Source of the DNA: an uncultured Peptostreptococcaceae bacterium | GTDB taxonomy: Bacteria; Bacillota; Clostridia; Peptostreptococcales; BM714 | NCBI GenBank assembly: GCA_964512505.1 | Contig: CAZEHH010000001.1 | Location: forward strand, 51,391-115,390 | Reading direction: 5' to 3' | DNA: 64,000 nucleotides | In this document: piece after piece, positions 47,611 to 56,734 of the stretch | How positions within the stretch are numbered: position 1 is the stretch's first letter | Layout: every line of letters begins with the position of its first letter | Notes under the pieces: generated by a model | The model's input: only the letters and a program-made list of their open reading frames with translations | Told to the model about the DNA's origin: nothing | Databases searched by the model: none | Made by a program: the position numbers and the translations under genes

Positions 47611-48180
47611 CTATTCTTTTTCATCTTCCGCTTTCTTGGTCATTTTTTCTTTCACTTCAGCAGCTTTTTCAACGGCTTTTTCTTTTGCTTCACTCGCTTT
47701 TTCTTTTGCTTCGGCAGCTTTTTCCTTTGCCGATTCGCCGAATTCCTCAGCCATTTCAATGACCTTTTCCATCTTTTCTTCGGTCACGTCATTTACATCG
47801 ATTATTTCTCCGCTTTCCTTTTGAATTTCTATCTTGCAACCGGTTGCCAAAGACACTATTATTGCCGCTATAGTTGCAGGTGCGAATACAATCGCTCCGA
47901 CAGCTCCCGCAGTTACCGGTATGTCAAGTATCAGGCGGTCTTCTTTTTTGAGCATTATTCTTGTCACATTTCCTTTTTTGACTAATTCTTTGAGTTTGTC
48001 GACTACTTCATTCCCCTTTTCCTTTGCTGTATTGCCGGTTTTTTTCTTTCTTCCTTCCTCCAACTTTATTATCGCTTCGAGAACATCTCCCTCAGCCGCT
48101 TCAAGCGCTTCTTTTGCTTCCTTGTAGGTAGCTCCGGTCCTCTGTATGACCTCGTCCACATTTTCAATCGTAAATGACAT
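47611..48180 (-). CDS. DUF4342-like protein with N-terminal UBA/EF-Ts-N-like helical domain and repetitive Lys/Glu/Ala tail
   Basis: 189 aa. The N-terminus VDEVIQRTGATYKEAKEALEAAEGDVLEAIIKLEE resembles UBA/TS-N domains. It also has a central Gly/Ala-rich hydrophobic stretch and a C-terminal (E/A)KAxEAK repeat. Confidence 0.6.
   Translation of the reverse strand: MSFTIENVDEVIQRTGATYKEAKEALEAAEGDVLEAIIKLEEGRKKKTGNTAKEKGNEVVDKLKELVKKGNVTRIMLKKEDRLILDIPVTAGAVGAIVFAPATIAAIIVSLATGCKIEIQKESGEIIDVNDVTEEKMEKVIEMAEEFGESAKEKAAEAKEKASEAKEKAVEKAAEVKEKMTKKAEDEKE
47675..47737. repeat. Three tandem 21-bp units inside the DUF4342 gene 3' end
   Basis: GCTTTTTCTTTTGCTTCACTC / GCTTTTTCTTTTGCTTCGGCA / GCTTTTTCCTTTGCCGATTCG. 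The first 17 nt of units 1 and 2 are identical. A 12-nt partial unit precedes them at 47663. Confidence 0.85.
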
Positions 48181-48193
48181 TTTAAAGCCTCCT

Positions 48194-48946
48194 TTATTGA
48201 ATTGTTTTTAGGAATTCCAGACTCTTGAAAGATTTTATATCCATATGGTATTTTATATACAATTCGAATATTTTATCCAAGTGCCTGACCATTCCTGCAT
48301 TGATTTTAGTCCTGCAAATGACATCGACATCTTTTTCACTGATGTATCTGATCAAATGTATGAACTGCTTGCTGACAGCAATACCTCCTTGCTTCTGCCG
48401 CTCATCAGCACAGTCCCTGCAAATGACTCCTCCGTCCGCGATACTGAAAACAGTCAATGCCTCTATGTTATTTATTCCACATTTAAGGCACTTTGAAACT
48501 TCCGGTTTCAATCCTGAAAAATTCAGCAGTTTTATTTCGTATGCAAGCTTGATTTTATCCAGGTCACAGCCTTCATGGTTCATCTTTTCCAATGTCTCCA
48601 CAGTCAGAGAAAAAAGCCTGTTGTTCGTCATTCCCTCATGTATTGAACACCTGCAAAGTTCTAAAAAATATGATGCATACGACAATTTTTTCAGATCCTC
48701 CCTGATCGAATAATTTGAATCTATTATTTCGGCGGAAGAAATGCTGTATATGTCCGGTTTTCCCCTCAAAACAAATTCCCCGTATATGAAAGGATGCGCA
48801 ACTGAAGAAATCATTGTCCTCGGCTTTCTCGCTCCCCTTGCATATGCACTGATTTTGCCCATTTTTTTGGAAAACAGCGTCAATATGGCGTCTGAATCGT
48901 TATAGAATATTTTTCTAAGCACAATTGCTTCGGTTTTTATAAACAT
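48194..48946 (-). CDS. recO: DNA repair protein RecO
   Basis: 250 aa. N-terminal OB fold (MFIKTEAIVLRKIFYNDSDAILTLFS) and zinc motif CLKCG...CRDC. Confidence 0.9.
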   Translation of the reverse strand: MFIKTEAIVLRKIFYNDSDAILTLFSKKMGKISAYARGARKPRTMISSVAHPFIYGEFVLRGKPDIYSISSAEIIDSNYSIREDLKKLSYASYFLELCRCSIHEGMTNNRLFSLTVETLEKMNHEGCDLDKIKLAYEIKLLNFSGLKPEVSKCLKCGINNIEALTVFSIADGGVICRDCADERQKQGGIAVSKQFIHLIRYISEKDVDVICRTKINAGMVRHLDKIFELYIKYHMDIKSFKSLEFLKTIQ

Positions 48947-48960
48947 TTCAGCCTCATCCC

Positions 48961-50343
48961 TTAAAACAGGTTAAATTGGCTCATCAGAATTGTAGTCAGT
49001 GTAAAGTATATTGAAATTCCGGTAATGTCTATTGTGGTTGAAATGAAGGGTGCGGAGGCCACTGCCGGGTCAACTCCCACTCTTTTGAATATCAATGGGA
49101 CCAGTGTGCCGATTGTTGCGGCAGTAATCATATTTGCCCACATTGCAACTCCTACTATCAAACTCAGAACCATCTCTCCGTTTAAAACGAATGTCATGAA
49201 AGCAACCAGCAAGCTGCATATCAACCCTACCGAAAATCCGACCGAGAATTCATGCAAGACTATCTTCAAGACTTCCTTGCTGTCTATTTGACCCGTTGCT
49301 ATTCCCCTTACCGTAAGTGTAGACGATTGGGTTCCCACATTCCCCCCCATGCCTGCAAGCAAAGGTATGAAATACGCTATTGTGGTATTGCTGTTTAGCG
49401 TAGCTTCAAACCCTCCGATTATTTTTGCCGACAACAATCCTCCGAATACAGTCACTATAAGCCAAGGCAATCTTGAACTGACAGATGCGCCTATCCTTTT
49501 TTGGAAAGAGTCTTCAATCTTGTATTCGCCTTCAGTCGTTCCGGCAAACTTGTAAATATCCTCTGTCGCTTCTTCCTCTATGACGTCGATTATGTCGTCG
49601 ACTGTGATTATCCCTTTTATTATTCCATTGTTTTCTACGACAGGAATGGCAATCAGGTTGTATTTCGCAACCATTCTGGCTACTTCTTCCTGGTCCGTTC
49701 CGACGTTTACCTGTATTACCTGCTCCTTCATTATTTCTTCAACGATTTTGTTAGCTTTGGTCACAATCAATTCTCTGAGTGAAAGAACCCCTACCAGCCG
49801 TTCCATATGGTCAACAACATATACATAGTAAACGGTTTCCGCTTCGGATGCCTGCACCCTTACTTCTTCAATCGCCTGATAAACGGTAATGTCCTTTTTT
49901 ACCGTTATGTAATCCTTTGTCATGATACCGCCGGCGGTATCTTCGTCGTAAACAAGCAATTCCTTTAGCTCTAACGCCTCTTCACGGTTCAACAGCGAGA
50001 GGAGCTCCTTTTGTTTGCCGTCGTCAAGTGAAGCAATGAGGTCTACTACATCGTCCTGCCCCATTTCTTCAAGAATCATACGCTTTTGGTCTTTGGTGAA
50101 TGCGCTTAACAAATTGATAAAAACGGGAGTCTCGACTTCTTCGAAAACATCGCTTATTTTATCCCATGACAAAACGCTTATGAGTTTCTTTCGGTTTTCT
50201 TCTTCAAGCTCCATTATTATTTCAACTATGTCGGCGGAATGCATGTCTTCCAGATATTCGTTCAATTCAACAAACTTGTTTTGATCCAGTTTTTCAGTGA
50301 TTTCCAATATTTCCATTTCCAATGCATCGTCCAATTGCTTCAC
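48961..50343 (-). CDS. mgtE: Magnesium transporter MgtE
   Basis: 460 aa. N domain, two CBS domains and a C-terminal TM domain (PLLAGMGGNVGTQSS, DPAVASAPFISTTIDITG). The GTG at 50343 lies inside AAAGGAGGTG, so the TTG at 50334 is a better-spaced alternative start. Confidence 0.92.
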   Translation of the reverse strand: MKQLDDALEMEILEITEKLDQNKFVELNEYLEDMHSADIVEIIMELEEENRKKLISVLSWDKISDVFEEVETPVFINLLSAFTKDQKRMILEEMGQDDVVDLIASLDDGKQKELLSLLNREEALELKELLVYDEDTAGGIMTKDYITVKKDITVYQAIEEVRVQASEAETVYYVYVVDHMERLVGVLSLRELIVTKANKIVEEIMKEQVIQVNVGTDQEEVARMVAKYNLIAIPVVENNGIIKGIITVDDIIDVIEEEATEDIYKFAGTTEGEYKIEDSFQKRIGASVSSRLPWLIVTVFGGLLSAKIIGGFEATLNSNTTIAYFIPLLAGMGGNVGTQSSTLTVRGIATGQIDSKEVLKIVLHEFSVGFSVGLICSLLVAFMTFVLNGEMVLSLIVGVAMWANMITAATIGTLVPLIFKRVGVDPAVASAPFISTTIDITGISIYFTLTTILMSQFNLF

Positions 50344-50348
50344 CTCCT

Positions 50349-51245
50349 TTATCTGTATCCGAATTGATTAAGCAGGCTGTCCCTGTCCCTCCACTCTTCC
50401 TTTATCTTGACCCATATCTCCAGGAAGACTTTGTTTCCCAATAAATTTTCAATTTCCTTTCGGGCTTCTATTCCAACCCTTTTCAGTACTTTGCCGTTCT
50501 TTCCGATTATTATGCCCTTGTGTGATTTTTTTTCGCAATATATCGTCGCGTATACATCTGTTATTTCAGCATCTTTTCTCTTCTCCATTTTTTCGATTCC
50601 TACAGCAATTCCATGAGGAACCTCGTCATAAAGAATATTGAGCAGCTTTTCTCTTATTATCTCCGAAACAAGGAATCTCTCAGGCTGGTCGGTAACCATA
50701 TCTTCCGGAAAATACTTGGGGCCTTCCATCATGTATGAGCCTATCGCATCTATCAATTGCTTCAGGTTCATTTCATTTTTCGCCGATATTCCTATGATTT
50801 CGTCGAAAATATCCATCTTCCCGTATTTTTCATGAAGCTTCTTGAATTCCTGTGGAGTTATCAGGTCAAGCTTGTTCACCACCAGCAGACACGGTGTTTT
50901 TACGTCTTTAAGGGATTCAATTATATGCATGTCGCCCGGCCCGATGCTTTTTGAATCATCTACCATCAGTAAAATCAAGTCCACCTCATTGTATGTGGTC
51001 TTGGCTGAACGAACCATGAATTCTCCCAATTTATTCTTGGGCTTGTGAATTCCCGGAGTGTCTATGAAGACTATTTGCTTTTCCTCGTCAGTATAAACCG
51101 CGCTTATTCTGTTTCTTGTCGTTTGCGGCTTGTTTGATATTATTGCGACTTTTTCTCCGACCAAGGCATTTACCAGTGTGGACTTGCCCACATTAGGGCG
51201 GCCGATTATAGTCACAAACCCTGATTTGAATTTTGTTGCTGCCAT
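50349..51245 (-). CDS. era: GTPase Era
   Basis: 298 aa. [20 protein letters not shown] and a C-terminal KH domain. Confidence 0.95.
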   Translation of the reverse strand: MAATKFKSGFVTIIGRPNVGKSTLVNALVGEKVAIISNKPQTTRNRISAVYTDEEKQIVFIDTPGIHKPKNKLGEFMVRSAKTTYNEVDLILLMVDDSKSIGPGDMHIIESLKDVKTPCLLVVNKLDLITPQEFKKLHEKYGKMDIFDEIIGISAKNEMNLKQLIDAIGSYMMEGPKYFPEDMVTDQPERFLVSEIIREKLLNILYDEVPHGIAVGIEKMEKRKDAEITDVYATIYCEKKSHKGIIIGKNGKVLKRVGIEARKEIENLLGNKVFLEIWVKIKEEWRDRDSLLNQFGYR

Positions 51246-51247
51246 AG

Positions 51248-51646
51248 CTAAAAGTCCTCCCCTGTAAATCCGTACGGCAATAATTCTTCTATTGCAAATA
51301 CTTTATAATCCTCGGGTGTCTTTGCGACAATAATTTTTATATTTTTGCCGAATTCAATAATGAATTGTCTGCATATTCCGCAAGGATAAGTATATGAATC
51401 TTTTTTCCCCACGACTGCCAACGCCGTAAAACTTCTGTGGCCGTTGCTTATAGCCTTTACAAAGGCAGTGCGTTCAGCGCAAATCGTCGCCCCGTATGAT
51501 GCGTTTTCTATATTGCAGCCGGTAAAAATTTCCCCGTCGTCTGTAAGCACAGCAGCGCCCACCTTGAAGTCCGAATACGGCGTATATGCGCCTTTCCTTG
51601 CCTCGATAGCCATTTCAATCAATCTTTTGCATTCGTTTCGGTCCAA
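51248..51646 (-). CDS. cdd: Cytidine deaminase
   Basis: CAERTA and PCGICRQ zinc motifs. The start is placed at TTG 51646, 8 nt after AAGGGAG. The track start at 51664 is a TTG overlapping the previous stop. Confidence 0.88.
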   Translation of the reverse strand: MDRNECKRLIEMAIEARKGAYTPYSDFKVGAAVLTDDGEIFTGCNIENASYGATICAERTAFVKAISNGHRSFTALAVVGKKDSYTYPCGICRQFIIEFGKNIKIIVAKTPEDYKVFAIEELLPYGFTGEDF

Positions 51647-51660
51647 TTCACACACTCCCT

Positions 51661-52737
51661 TCAATTGGTTATTTTAATTTCCAAACTCATTGGTACAATT
51701 ACGATCCACGTGTTTCCAGGATTCAACAACAGTTCTTCCCCGTCCACAGTATAGACGGTTTTAGCCCGCCTGTCTTGTTTTTCCCATTCAATGTCGATTT
51801 TTTTACCCGATGTTATATAATAGCCGGATCCTTTGCCGACTGTTTCGATATCAAGCCTTCCCTCATTGTCGATTACCCTGGTATTCATTTTCAAAACAAT
51901 TATGTTTTTTGCAACCACGGTTTCCGAACTGAACTCCTCAAGCTGTGGGACCCCTTTTACAAACCTTTCAAACAATTCAGCTTCCTTGTTGTATATGAAC
52001 GAAGGATTGTAGTATCTGCTGAATCCGAAACTTATGCTTTCAATATTTTCCGCGTAGGCAAAAGGTTGATTCTCTTCGCTGAAAGATGCAAATCCGATAT
52101 TGAAATCCGTTCTGTAGCCGCTCCTTTCAGCAGCTGCCCTCAGCGCCTTGGTGCTTGTATACATGTTGTGGGGTATCTTTTTATGGTTCACTCTCCAAAA
52201 TGTGTCTTGTCCCCTGTTCATTCCATCTATGTCAGCCATATTGAAATCATCTATGTCGGAAAGCGCTGCCAAGCTGCCCCCAACATGCACATACAAGGCA
52301 TCAAATTCCAAAGCTTTGTCAATAAAATAAGGCCGCGCGCTTCTGACAGGTCCGATTGAGTTCATATCCGCTTCCTGAAGAATGGCCATATATCTGGTTA
52401 TGTTTCCTTCCGCAAGGATTTCGAACACAACCTCAGCCTGCGACAATCCGGATTGCGGACGCGCTCCAATGTGGTTGTCCAGCATGACTGCAATAGGTCT
52501 TTTGCCTAGAACCTCTTCTTCTATCGGCAAACCAGTCAAGGCAGAACGAAAAAGGGACTCGGGTTCGGGTTCTTGAATGGGTTTTTCATCCGTAGGTTCT
52601 AAAATGGAAACTTCTTCAGGCGGAACTTCAACTTTATCATTCGGATCCGGTGTTTCATCTTTTACACAAGATGATGCAATCGCAATAATCATGCATATAA
52701 ACAATAAAATGCCAATTTTCCCTTTCAATGCGCTCAC
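51661..52737 (-). CDS. DUF3048 domain lipoprotein (YerB-like)
   Basis: 358 aa. Lipobox-like signal ...IIAIASSC, then PIAVMLDNHIGARPQSGLSQAEVVFEILAEGNITRYMAI, typical of DUF3048. Confidence 0.75.
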   Translation of the reverse strand: MSALKGKIGILLFICMIIAIASSCVKDETPDPNDKVEVPPEEVSILEPTDEKPIQEPEPESLFRSALTGLPIEEEVLGKRPIAVMLDNHIGARPQSGLSQAEVVFEILAEGNITRYMAILQEADMNSIGPVRSARPYFIDKALEFDALYVHVGGSLAALSDIDDFNMADIDGMNRGQDTFWRVNHKKIPHNMYTSTKALRAAAERSGYRTDFNIGFASFSEENQPFAYAENIESISFGFSRYYNPSFIYNKEAELFERFVKGVPQLEEFSSETVVAKNIIVLKMNTRVIDNEGRLDIETVGKGSGYYITSGKKIDIEWEKQDRRAKTVYTVDGEELLLNPGNTWIVIVPMSLEIKITN

Positions 52738-52741
52738 CCCT

Positions 52742-53215
52742 CTATCTCTCTATTCCCATGCGCTTCATGATGTTCTTTTCTTTTTCCCGCATTGTCATTT
52801 TTTCATCTTCATGCATATGGTCGTACCCAAGCAGATGCAGTGTGCTGTGAACCGTGAGATATGAAACTTCCCGTTCCGTTCCGTGTTCAAATTCTTCCCC
52901 CTGCGACTTTGCTTTTTCAAGTGATATTACTATATCTCCAAGAACCACAGGTATTCCCGAACCCTTCTGCTCCATTATTTCTTCCTTGCAGTCGTACATG
53001 GGGAAAGACAATACATCTGTTTCTTTGTCAACATTCCTGTGTTCTCTGTTCAATGCTCTTATGGCTTCGTTGTCAACCAGGAGAACGTCAACCTCGTCAA
53101 TGAAATCCAGTCCTTCATAATCCAAGGTCTCTTTGACCGAAATACTTATCAGCTTTTTTAAAGCCTCGTCGCACACCATCTTTCCCTGGCTGTTTTCTAT
53201 CGATACATGCAACAA
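52742..53215 (-). CDS. ybeY: rRNA maturation endoribonuclease YbeY
   Basis: HSTLHLLGYDH metal motif. The start is placed at TTG 53215 (or 53212), just after the phoH stop embedded in AGGTGA. The track ATG at 53263 would overlap phoH by 44 nt. Confidence 0.85.
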   Translation of the reverse strand: MLHVSIENSQGKMVCDEALKKLISISVKETLDYEGLDFIDEVDVLLVDNEAIRALNREHRNVDKETDVLSFPMYDCKEEIMEQKGSGIPVVLGDIVISLEKAKSQGEEFEHGTEREVSYLTVHSTLHLLGYDHMHEDEKMTMREKEKNIMKRMGIER

Positions 53216-53219
53216 AATA

Positions 53220-54206
53220 TCACCTGCTTTTTTTATATTCCATTCGTTTTTCATATTTGTCATAAGCTTTTATTATCTTTTGTACCAATTTATGCCTTAC
53301 AACATCCCTTCCTGTAAGGTTTACAAAACCGATTCCCGGTATCTCCCCAAGAATCTCCGAAGCCTGCTTAAGGCCCGAAGCCTTCCCCTTTGGCAAATCT
53401 ATCTGGGTAATGTCTCCAGTAACGATGGTCTTTGAACTGAATCCTATCCTCGTAAGGAACATTTTCATCTGTGCCTGGGTGGTATTTTGCGCTTCGTCCA
53501 ATATTATGAATGAGTCATCCAGCGTTCTGCCGCGCATGTAGGCCAGAGGAGCAACTTCAATCAATCCTCTCTCCTTGTATTTCAAATATGTCTCGCTTCC
53601 AAGAATATCATACAGGGCATCATACAAGGGCCTCAGGTAAGGATCTATCTTCATTTGCAGATCACCCGGCAGGAATCCCAAACTCTCTCCCGCTTCAACA
53701 GCCGGCCTTGTCAATATGATTCTGCTTACCCTTTTATTTTTAAAAGAATGGACCGCCATAGCAACCGCCAAGTATGTCTTCCCCGTTCCCGCCGGGCCAA
53801 TGCTGAATACTATGTCGTTCTTGTTAACTTCATCGATATATTTTTTTTGCCCCAATGTCTTGGGTTTAATGAATTTGCCTCTGTTTGTAACACAAATAAT
53901 ATCTTCTGAAAGATTCGACAATGTTATGTTCTCATCATCCCTTATCAGGTTAAGAGCATAATTTATCTTCTGCCTGTCGATGATTTCACCCTTTTCAATC
54001 AATTCAATCAATGCATTGAGAAGCTTGAAGGCCGTGTCCGATTTTTGCTCATCGTCGCTGTTGACTATTATTTCATCGTTTCTAAGGGTTATCTCTGTCC
54101 CGGTCAAAGATTCGATTTCCTTTATGTTGTTGTCCAGGTCACCAAACAGCTGGGCCTGGAATTTACCGTTGTCCAATTGTATGTTTCTGATGTATCCGCT
54201 TTCCAA
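53220..54206 (-). CDS. phoH: PhoH-family ATPase
   Basis: 328 aa. Walker A GPAGTGKTYLAVA and ILDEAQN. TTG start behind GGCGGGGA. Confidence 0.9.
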   Translation of the reverse strand: MESGYIRNIQLDNGKFQAQLFGDLDNNIKEIESLTGTEITLRNDEIIVNSDDEQKSDTAFKLLNALIELIEKGEIIDRQKINYALNLIRDDENITLSNLSEDIICVTNRGKFIKPKTLGQKKYIDEVNKNDIVFSIGPAGTGKTYLAVAMAVHSFKNKRVSRIILTRPAVEAGESLGFLPGDLQMKIDPYLRPLYDALYDILGSETYLKYKERGLIEVAPLAYMRGRTLDDSFIILDEAQNTTQAQMKMFLTRIGFSSKTIVTGDITQIDLPKGKASGLKQASEILGEIPGIGFVNLTGRDVVRHKLVQKIIKAYDKYEKRMEYKKSR

Positions 54207-54282
54207 ATCAATCCCCGCCTTCTTTAAGTCTTACATTTCATTATATAATAATATCATTGTTTTTTATATATCGATATTCCCA

Positions 54283-54315
54283 TAAAAATAAATAGACTCC
54301 CAAGGGAGTCTATTT
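54283..54315 (-). terminator. Intrinsic terminator downstream of yqeY
   Basis: Minus-strand AAAUAGACUCC-CUUG-GGAGUCUAUUU followed by AUUUUUAU. Confidence 0.75.
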
Positions 54316-54322
54316 CGTTACA

Positions 54323-54766
54323 TTATGACAACAGGGCTTTGACAATGTCCGATGCCGTCTTTCCATCCGCCTTGCCTTTTATTATGGGGCTTACAGCTCC
54401 CATAACCTTGCCCATGTCTTTCATGGATTCAGCCTTCAGCTCGGCTATGGCATTTCCAATGATTTCCTTCAACTCTTCTTCTGTGAGCTGTTCAGGTAGA
54501 TACTTCATAAGAACTTCCATCTCTGCTTCAGCTTCCTGAACCAAATCTTCTCTGCCTCCTTTTCTAAAATCAAGGATTGCAGATTTTTTTTGCTTTATCT
54601 GCTTGGAGATAAGATCGATTATGCCATCCTCTGTTATTTCTTTTCGTTTGTCAACCTCGAAGCGCTTAATATCAGCTCTCAAAAGAGTGATTGTCGCTTT
54701 TCGTAGTCGATCTTTCTCTTTCATGGCAGTTTTCATATCGTCCATGAGTTGCTTTTTCAGTGACAC
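54323..54766 (-). CDS. yqeY: GatB/YqeY domain-containing protein
   Basis: 147 aa. MSLKKQLMDDMKTAMKEKD...ITLLRADIK is typical of YqeY. Sits directly downstream of rpsU, as in B. subtilis. Confidence 0.85.
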   Translation of the reverse strand: MSLKKQLMDDMKTAMKEKDRLRKATITLLRADIKRFEVDKRKEITEDGIIDLISKQIKQKKSAILDFRKGGREDLVQEAEAEMEVLMKYLPEQLTEEELKEIIGNAIAELKAESMKDMGKVMGAVSPIIKGKADGKTASDIVKALLS

Positions 54767-54784
54767 AAATGTACACCTTCTTTA

Positions 54785-54961
54785 TTATTTCTTTTTCTTT
54801 CTTCTTGCTGCTTCAGCCTTTTTCTTGCGTTTTACGCTTGGCTTTTCATAATGCTCTCTTTTTCGGACTTCCTGAAGAACGCCGGATTTGGCACATTCCT
54901 TCTTAAATCTTCTGAGCGCATTGTCAAGGGTTTCATTTTCCCCCAATAAGACTTGAGACAT
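54785..54961 (-). CDS. rpsU: 30S ribosomal protein S21
   Basis: Not in the ORF track (58 aa is below the cutoff). A manual codon-by-codon translation gives [72 protein letters not shown]. Confidence 0.93.
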   Translation of the reverse strand: MSQVLLGENETLDNALRRFKKECAKSGVLQEVRKREHYEKPSVKRKKKAEAARRKKKK

Positions 54962-55012
54962 TAAACATCCCTCCCTCCGATGATAAATGAGGACTAACTA
55001 TAGCACTTAAAA

Positions 55013-55041
55013 ATTATACATCAAATCCTCTAATATTGCAA
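55013..55041 (-). promoter_or_regulatory. Candidate sigma-A promoter of rpsU-yqeY (TTGCAA-17 nt-TATAAT)
   Basis: Minus strand: TTGCAA at 55041-55036, a 17-nt spacer, and TATAAT at 55018-55013, about 50 nt upstream of the rpsU ATG. Confidence 0.6.
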
Positions 55042-55047
55042 TTGTTT

Positions 55048-55398
55048 TTAACCCGGAGGCCATTCCATCGGTCTTCCACCTATCAAATGCATATGCAAAT
55101 GCCCGACTTCCTGCCCCGCTTCTTTGCCGTTGTTTATCACCAGCCTATATCCATTGTCTTTTATGCCAAGGCTTTCGGCAATATTTTTAGCGGCCAAGGC
55201 CATATCTTGAAACAAGCACGCTTCCTGCCCGTTTAGGTCATTCACCGATTCAAAATGTTCTTTTGGGATAATAAGAACATGCACAGGAGCTACCGGATTC
55301 AAGTCGTTGAAAGCTACAACATTCTCGCTTTCAAACACAAAATCAGTCGGTATTTCCCCGTTTGCAATTTTGCAAAAGATACAATTTTCCATCTTCAC
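55048..55398 (-). CDS. HIT-family nucleotide hydrolase/transferase
   Basis: 116 aa. CIFCKI N-terminus and histidine triad HLHMHLIGG. Confidence 0.9.
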   Translation of the reverse strand: MKMENCIFCKIANGEIPTDFVFESENVVAFNDLNPVAPVHVLIIPKEHFESVNDLNGQEACLFQDMALAAKNIAESLGIKDNGYRLVINNGKEAGQEVGHLHMHLIGGRPMEWPPG

Positions 55399-55435
55399 AC
55401 CCCCTTTGAACCATTATATCAAATTAAGTTTAAGT

Positions 55436-56734
55436 TTAAACAATTTCTCCCCATATGACATCTTCATCGGCTCTATCCAATCTGACTCGTCTGATTTGAC
55501 CCGAAAGACATTCTTCCGATTCCACTCTGACTTTAGTGAAATTATTGCAGTGGCCCTCCCAGATTCCCTCTTCACAAACACTCTCAAAGAGAACTTGTTC
55601 CTCTCTGCCTGTTTGAGATTGCGCAAAATCTTTTGCACATTCGCCTGCACACTCAATTGCCGCTATGCTCCTTGACTTCGCTTCCGAGGGATTGACTTGA
55701 TTCGGCATTTCAGCAGCAGCCGTTCCTTTTCTTTTGGAATACCTGAAGACATGAATGTCCTTAAAGGCCATATTTCTTATAAAAGCCAATGTTTCTTCAA
55801 ATAATTCGTCGGTTTCACCCGGAAACCCTACAATCAAATCTGTAGTGACTGCCGGATTGTCGAATATATTCCTTATGTCGTCCATTATTTTAGAATATTG
55901 CTCCGTGGTGTATTTTCTGTTCATCGCTTTTAAAACGCTGTCCGAACCACTCTGAAGCGACAGATGGAAATGCGGACAGAATTTTTTGATATTCGACAAA
56001 CGTCTCAACCTGTCCTCTGTAAAATATGTCGGCTCACAAGATCCAAGCCTTATTCGATTTATTCCCTCAATCCTGGAAAGTGATTCCACAACGTCGACAA
56101 GTTCGATGTTTCCTTCCAAATCATTTCCATAAAAAGCCGATTGTATGCCTATAAGAACAACTTCACTGTATCCTCTTTCAGCTAAAACAGAAGCTTCTTT
56201 AATTATTGAATCAAAAGGTCGGCTTCTGGTTCTTCCCCTTGTGTATGGTATTATGCAATATGAGCAAAAATTGTCGCAACCATCCTGTATTTTTATAAAA
56301 GCCCTTGTTTTTCCTTCGTGGTCATTCAGCCCAATATCTTCATAGGTGTCATCGATTGCGATTTCCTCATTGAAAACAACCATTCCATCATTGTCGATTC
56401 TCCTTAGGCGGCTTGCAATACTGCCTTTGCCGCAGGCTCCCATAATGAGATTGACCCCTTCGATTTTTTCGATTTCTTCTGCCGCTATTTGCGAATAACA
56501 GCCTAAAACAGCTATTGCCGGTTTGGGAACCATTCTTGCGTATTTTCTTATGACCTGCCTTGATTTTCGCTCCGCAAGATGCGTAACGCAGCATGTGTTC
56601 AGTATGGCAATATCCGGAACCTTCCCGTATTCGGCTTCTTCATACCCTTGGTCAATCAATGTTTCCCTGATTGACTCAGATTCGTATTGGTTCACCTTGC
56701 ATCCCAAGGTTTCAATAAAAAAAGTTTTTTTCAT
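55436..56734 (-). CDS. mtaB: tRNA t6A37 methylthiotransferase (MiaB-like, MtaB/YqeV type)
   Basis: 432 aa. UPF0004 N domain (TLGCKVNQYES), radical SAM motif CDNFCSYCIIP and a TRAM-like C-terminus. Sits downstream of rsmE, as in the B. subtilis yqeU-yqeV pair. Confidence 0.85.
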   Translation of the reverse strand: MKKTFFIETLGCKVNQYESESIRETLIDQGYEEAEYGKVPDIAILNTCCVTHLAERKSRQVIRKYARMVPKPAIAVLGCYSQIAAEEIEKIEGVNLIMGACGKGSIASRLRRIDNDGMVVFNEEIAIDDTYEDIGLNDHEGKTRAFIKIQDGCDNFCSYCIIPYTRGRTRSRPFDSIIKEASVLAERGYSEVVLIGIQSAFYGNDLEGNIELVDVVESLSRIEGINRIRLGSCEPTYFTEDRLRRLSNIKKFCPHFHLSLQSGSDSVLKAMNRKYTTEQYSKIMDDIRNIFDNPAVTTDLIVGFPGETDELFEETLAFIRNMAFKDIHVFRYSKRKGTAAAEMPNQVNPSEAKSRSIAAIECAGECAKDFAQSQTGREEQVLFESVCEEGIWEGHCNNFTKVRVESEECLSGQIRRVRLDRADEDVIWGEIV

